47,468 nucleotides of DNA, taken from the NCBI GenBank assembly GCA_002308615.1, contig DBWC01000047.1:1-47468 (forward strand), in the 5' to 3' direction. Shown in pieces: positions 45,446 through 47,468 of this stretch; the stretch's first letter is position 1, and each line of letters begins with the position of its first letter. The position numbers were made by a program, and so were the translations under genes. Below the pieces are notes generated by a model, which made no database searches, was not told the origin of the DNA, and saw only the letters and a program-made list of their open reading frames with translations. This DNA is from Clostridiales bacterium UBA1248. GTDB taxonomy: Bacteria; Bacillota; Clostridia; Oscillospirales; CAG-272.

Positions 45446-47468
45446 ATGACGAAATACGAGCTTCCGTTAAAAATTGTGCACGGTTTTGATTTTCCGGACG
45501 ATATGCCGGAGGACGAGATACGCGACAAAATAAAAAACCGCCTTTTGGCGCTTAAAGAAAAAGGCTTCGGCGGTATCGTGACGAACGTCGCTTTCCGCGA
45601 TTATCTTAAAAACGAGCATTTATGGCGCGTTTTTGATATAGTATTAGAGCAGGCGAAGGAAAACGATATGCGCGTGTGGCTGTACGACGAGGACGGATAT
45701 CCGAGCGGAGGCGCGGGCGGTCTTACGATAGAAGAAAATCCGGATTTCGAAGCGCGCGCCGTCGTAATGCTCCACGCTTTCATAAAACCGGGCGAAAGCT
45801 GTACTTTTGAATTTCCGCGCGGGCACGAGTTCGCGCTCGCCGCAGCGACTTACAAAGTCAAAAGCGAGGACATCTCGCAGCTTGACGCGGAAAGAGCGTA
45901 CAAACGCTATGACGTTTACGGAAAAAAGGATGATCTGACCGTAAAAAACGATACGAACGGTCTTTTGTTCGCCGCGTATTTTATCAAAAAGCACGTTTAC
46001 GAGGGCACGCACGCCGAGCATAACGTCTGCGAATGCCGCCGCTACATAGACATAACGAACCACGACGCGGTCAGAGCGTTTATAAAAAATACTTACGAAG
46101 AATATACGAAAAGATGTAAGAGCGAATACGCCGGCAACAAGCGAGAAAACGGGCTTATAGAGGCTATGTTCACGGACGAGCCGTCGCTTATGGGCGTATA
46201 TCTTAACGCCGGGCTTTATCCGCCGCGCGTTCACGACGAATACGACGACACGCTGCCGATGTACCCGATGACGACGTGGGGCAAAAACATAGACAACCGT
46301 CTTATGACGAAATACGGCATAAACATTTACGACTGCCTTATTTATCTTTTCGGCGTCGATACGGAACAGGCGCGCGAGGTGCGCTCCGCGTGGTATACGG
46401 AGATGAGCCGTCTTGTCGAGCAGGCGTACTTTGAACAGATCTCCGACTACTGTTATTCCGTCGGTCTGCCCTTCTCCGGTCACATCCTGCTTGAGGACGA
46501 TATAAGGCTTCACCCGATGTTTGAGGGCAATTTCTTTTCGCTTCTCCGTCATATGCATTATCCCGGCATAGATATGCTCCAGTCGATACCCGAAACGGTA
46601 TACGATATGGCGTTCACGCCGAAGCTCGTCTCGTCCGTCGCCGTGAACTACGGCAGAGAGCACGTTATGAGCGAGGTATCGGCGCACGCGCAGGGCGGAA
46701 ACGTTACTGACGATCAGATGCTCTGCTCACAGCTTTTGCAGTACGCTTTCGGCGTTGACACGTTCACGTCCTACTACGGCGAAAATATAATGGAGCCGGA
46801 GAAATACAACAAATACAACCGCTGTATCGGCGCAGTGGATGAGAATATGCGCGGCAAAGATTTTACGTCCATAGCTTTATATTATCCCTACAATACGATA
46901 GCCGAGAACACAACAACGAATATAGACGGTCTGAATAAGGACAAAGATATGGTAAAGATAAAGAACGCCTGCGCCGACGGACTTATGAGGACTGTAAAGG
47001 AGCTTAACGACAATCAGGCTGTTTATCATTTCGTCGATCTTGAATTGCTTGAACACTCCGACACGTCCGAGGGTTTTATAGATATGCCGCTTTATAACGG
47101 CGTGTTCTTTGAGTCGCTTCTGATACCGCCCTGCACGTTATCCGACCGCGAAAAAGAGATAATTTCGCGCATGAGACTTGACGGAGTACACGTATATTTC
47201 GCGGAGGACTGCGGTTTTACGGCGGAGGACACTGATGCGATAATCTGTTTAGGTATAGAGGACGCCGTTGCCGCCGCGCAGTCCGAGGGCAAGCCGTTCA
47301 AGGTCGGCGGAGATCACAAAGGCGTCGCCGCGCTTTACAGAAACGGCAATCTGCTCCTCGTCAACGCGGAAAACAGAGATAAAAAGATTTACGTTGATAT
47401 CGGCTCGGATACAGCCGACGTATACGATCCGCTGAACGACGACTACATATTTGCAGAAAGAACCGGCA
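45446..47468 (+). CDS. Large cytoplasmic protein, possibly glycoside-hydrolase-like (3' end runs off the window)
   Basis: Absent from the ORF track because of edge truncation. ATG at 45446 follows AAAGGAG. The frame is open for 674 codons to the window end. Motifs WLYDEDGYPSG, MFTDEPS and HYPGIDML suggest a TIM-barrel glycosidase-like fold (weak). The track ORF 45644..46687 (minus) is its antisense artefact. Confidence 0.8.
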   Translation, partial: MTKYELPLKIVHGFDFPDDMPEDEIRDKIKNRLLALKEKGFGGIVTNVAFRDYLKNEHLWRVFDIVLEQAKENDMRVWLYDEDGYPSGGAGGLTIEENPDFEARAVVMLHAFIKPGESCTFEFPRGHEFALAAATYKVKSEDISQLDAERAYKRYDVYGKKDDLTVKNDTNGLLFAAYFIKKHVYEGTHAEHNVCECRRYIDITNHDAVRAFIKNTYEEYTKRCKSEYAGNKRENGLIEAMFTDEPSLMGVYLNAGLYPPRVHDEYDDTLPMYPMTTWGKNIDNRLMTKYGINIYDCLIYLFGVDTEQAREVRSAWYTEMSRLVEQAYFEQISDYCYSVGLPFSGHILLEDDIRLHPMFEGNFFSLLRHMHYPGIDMLQSIPETVYDMAFTPKLVSSVAVNYGREHVMSEVSAHAQGGNVTDDQMLCSQLLQYAFGVDTFTSYYGENIMEPEKYNKYNRCIGAVDENMRGKDFTSIALYYPYNTIAENTTTNIDGLNKDKDMVKIKNACADGLMRTVKELNDNQAVYHFVDLELLEHSDTSEGFIDMPLYNGVFFESLLIPPCTLSDREKEIISRMRLDGVHVYFAEDCGFTAEDTDAIICLGIEDAVAAAQSEGKPFKVGGDHKGVAALYRNGNLLLVNAENRDKKIYVDIGSDTADVYDPLNDDYIFAERTG

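Noticed and set aside
45644-46687. 347-aa minus-strand ORF.
   Set aside because: It is the Arg/Val-rich antisense of the edge-truncated plus-strand gene 45446..47468, which has an RBS and protein-like composition.

Overview
47.5 kb from a Gram-positive, spore-forming Clostridia-type chromosome. The lineage call rests on SpoIIE, a type III glutamine synthetase and lipobox lipoproteins with Thr/Glu-rich linkers; a guess of Oscillospiraceae/Ruminococcaceae-like is inference only. Most of the window is ordinary core genome. It holds the purA-purB-guaA operon, glnN, efp with an M24 aminopeptidase, spoIIE, a DD-carboxypeptidase, a YbiT-like ABC-F ATPase and a CPA2 antiporter. There is a run of small enzymes (DUF362, rhodanese fusion, esterase, nitroreductase, GNAT, Maa). 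Glycan-utilisation genes are also present: a BNR sialidase-like protein, a GH38 alpha-mannosidase, a solute-binding protein and an aldose epimerase. Both window edges cut genes that the ORF track omits (1..1049 minus, 45446..47468 plus). Many long Arg-rich track ORFs are antisense artefacts of real genes. No tRNA, rRNA or CRISPR array was recognised. I cannot demonstrate a complete new multi-gene system here. The non-standard content is: (1) An unrecognised ~165-nt module with three near-identical minus-strand copies. Each ends in the same intrinsic terminator, one has its own promoter, two are stacked behind guaA, and two are paired with diverged inverted copies (foldback/MITE-like), so it is a candidate sRNA or mobile repeat family. 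(2) An AT-rich ~3 kb islet (about 1.2-4.1 kb) with a small serine recombinase, an SDR, a Cys-rich small protein, candidate recombination sites and a 5' stub of a PLD/helicase defence-type gene. (3) Palindromic intergenic elements between convergent genes, namely a 30-bp inverted repeat enclosing a TAATGAAG box array and a related CATGAATTG iteron array. (4) An 872-aa orphan protein with a MinD-like C-terminal tail, divergently paired with a small internally duplicated protein. (5) An ABC-F ATPase whose second composite ATP site is degenerate on both halves, translationally coupled to two paralogous membrane-anchored proteins.
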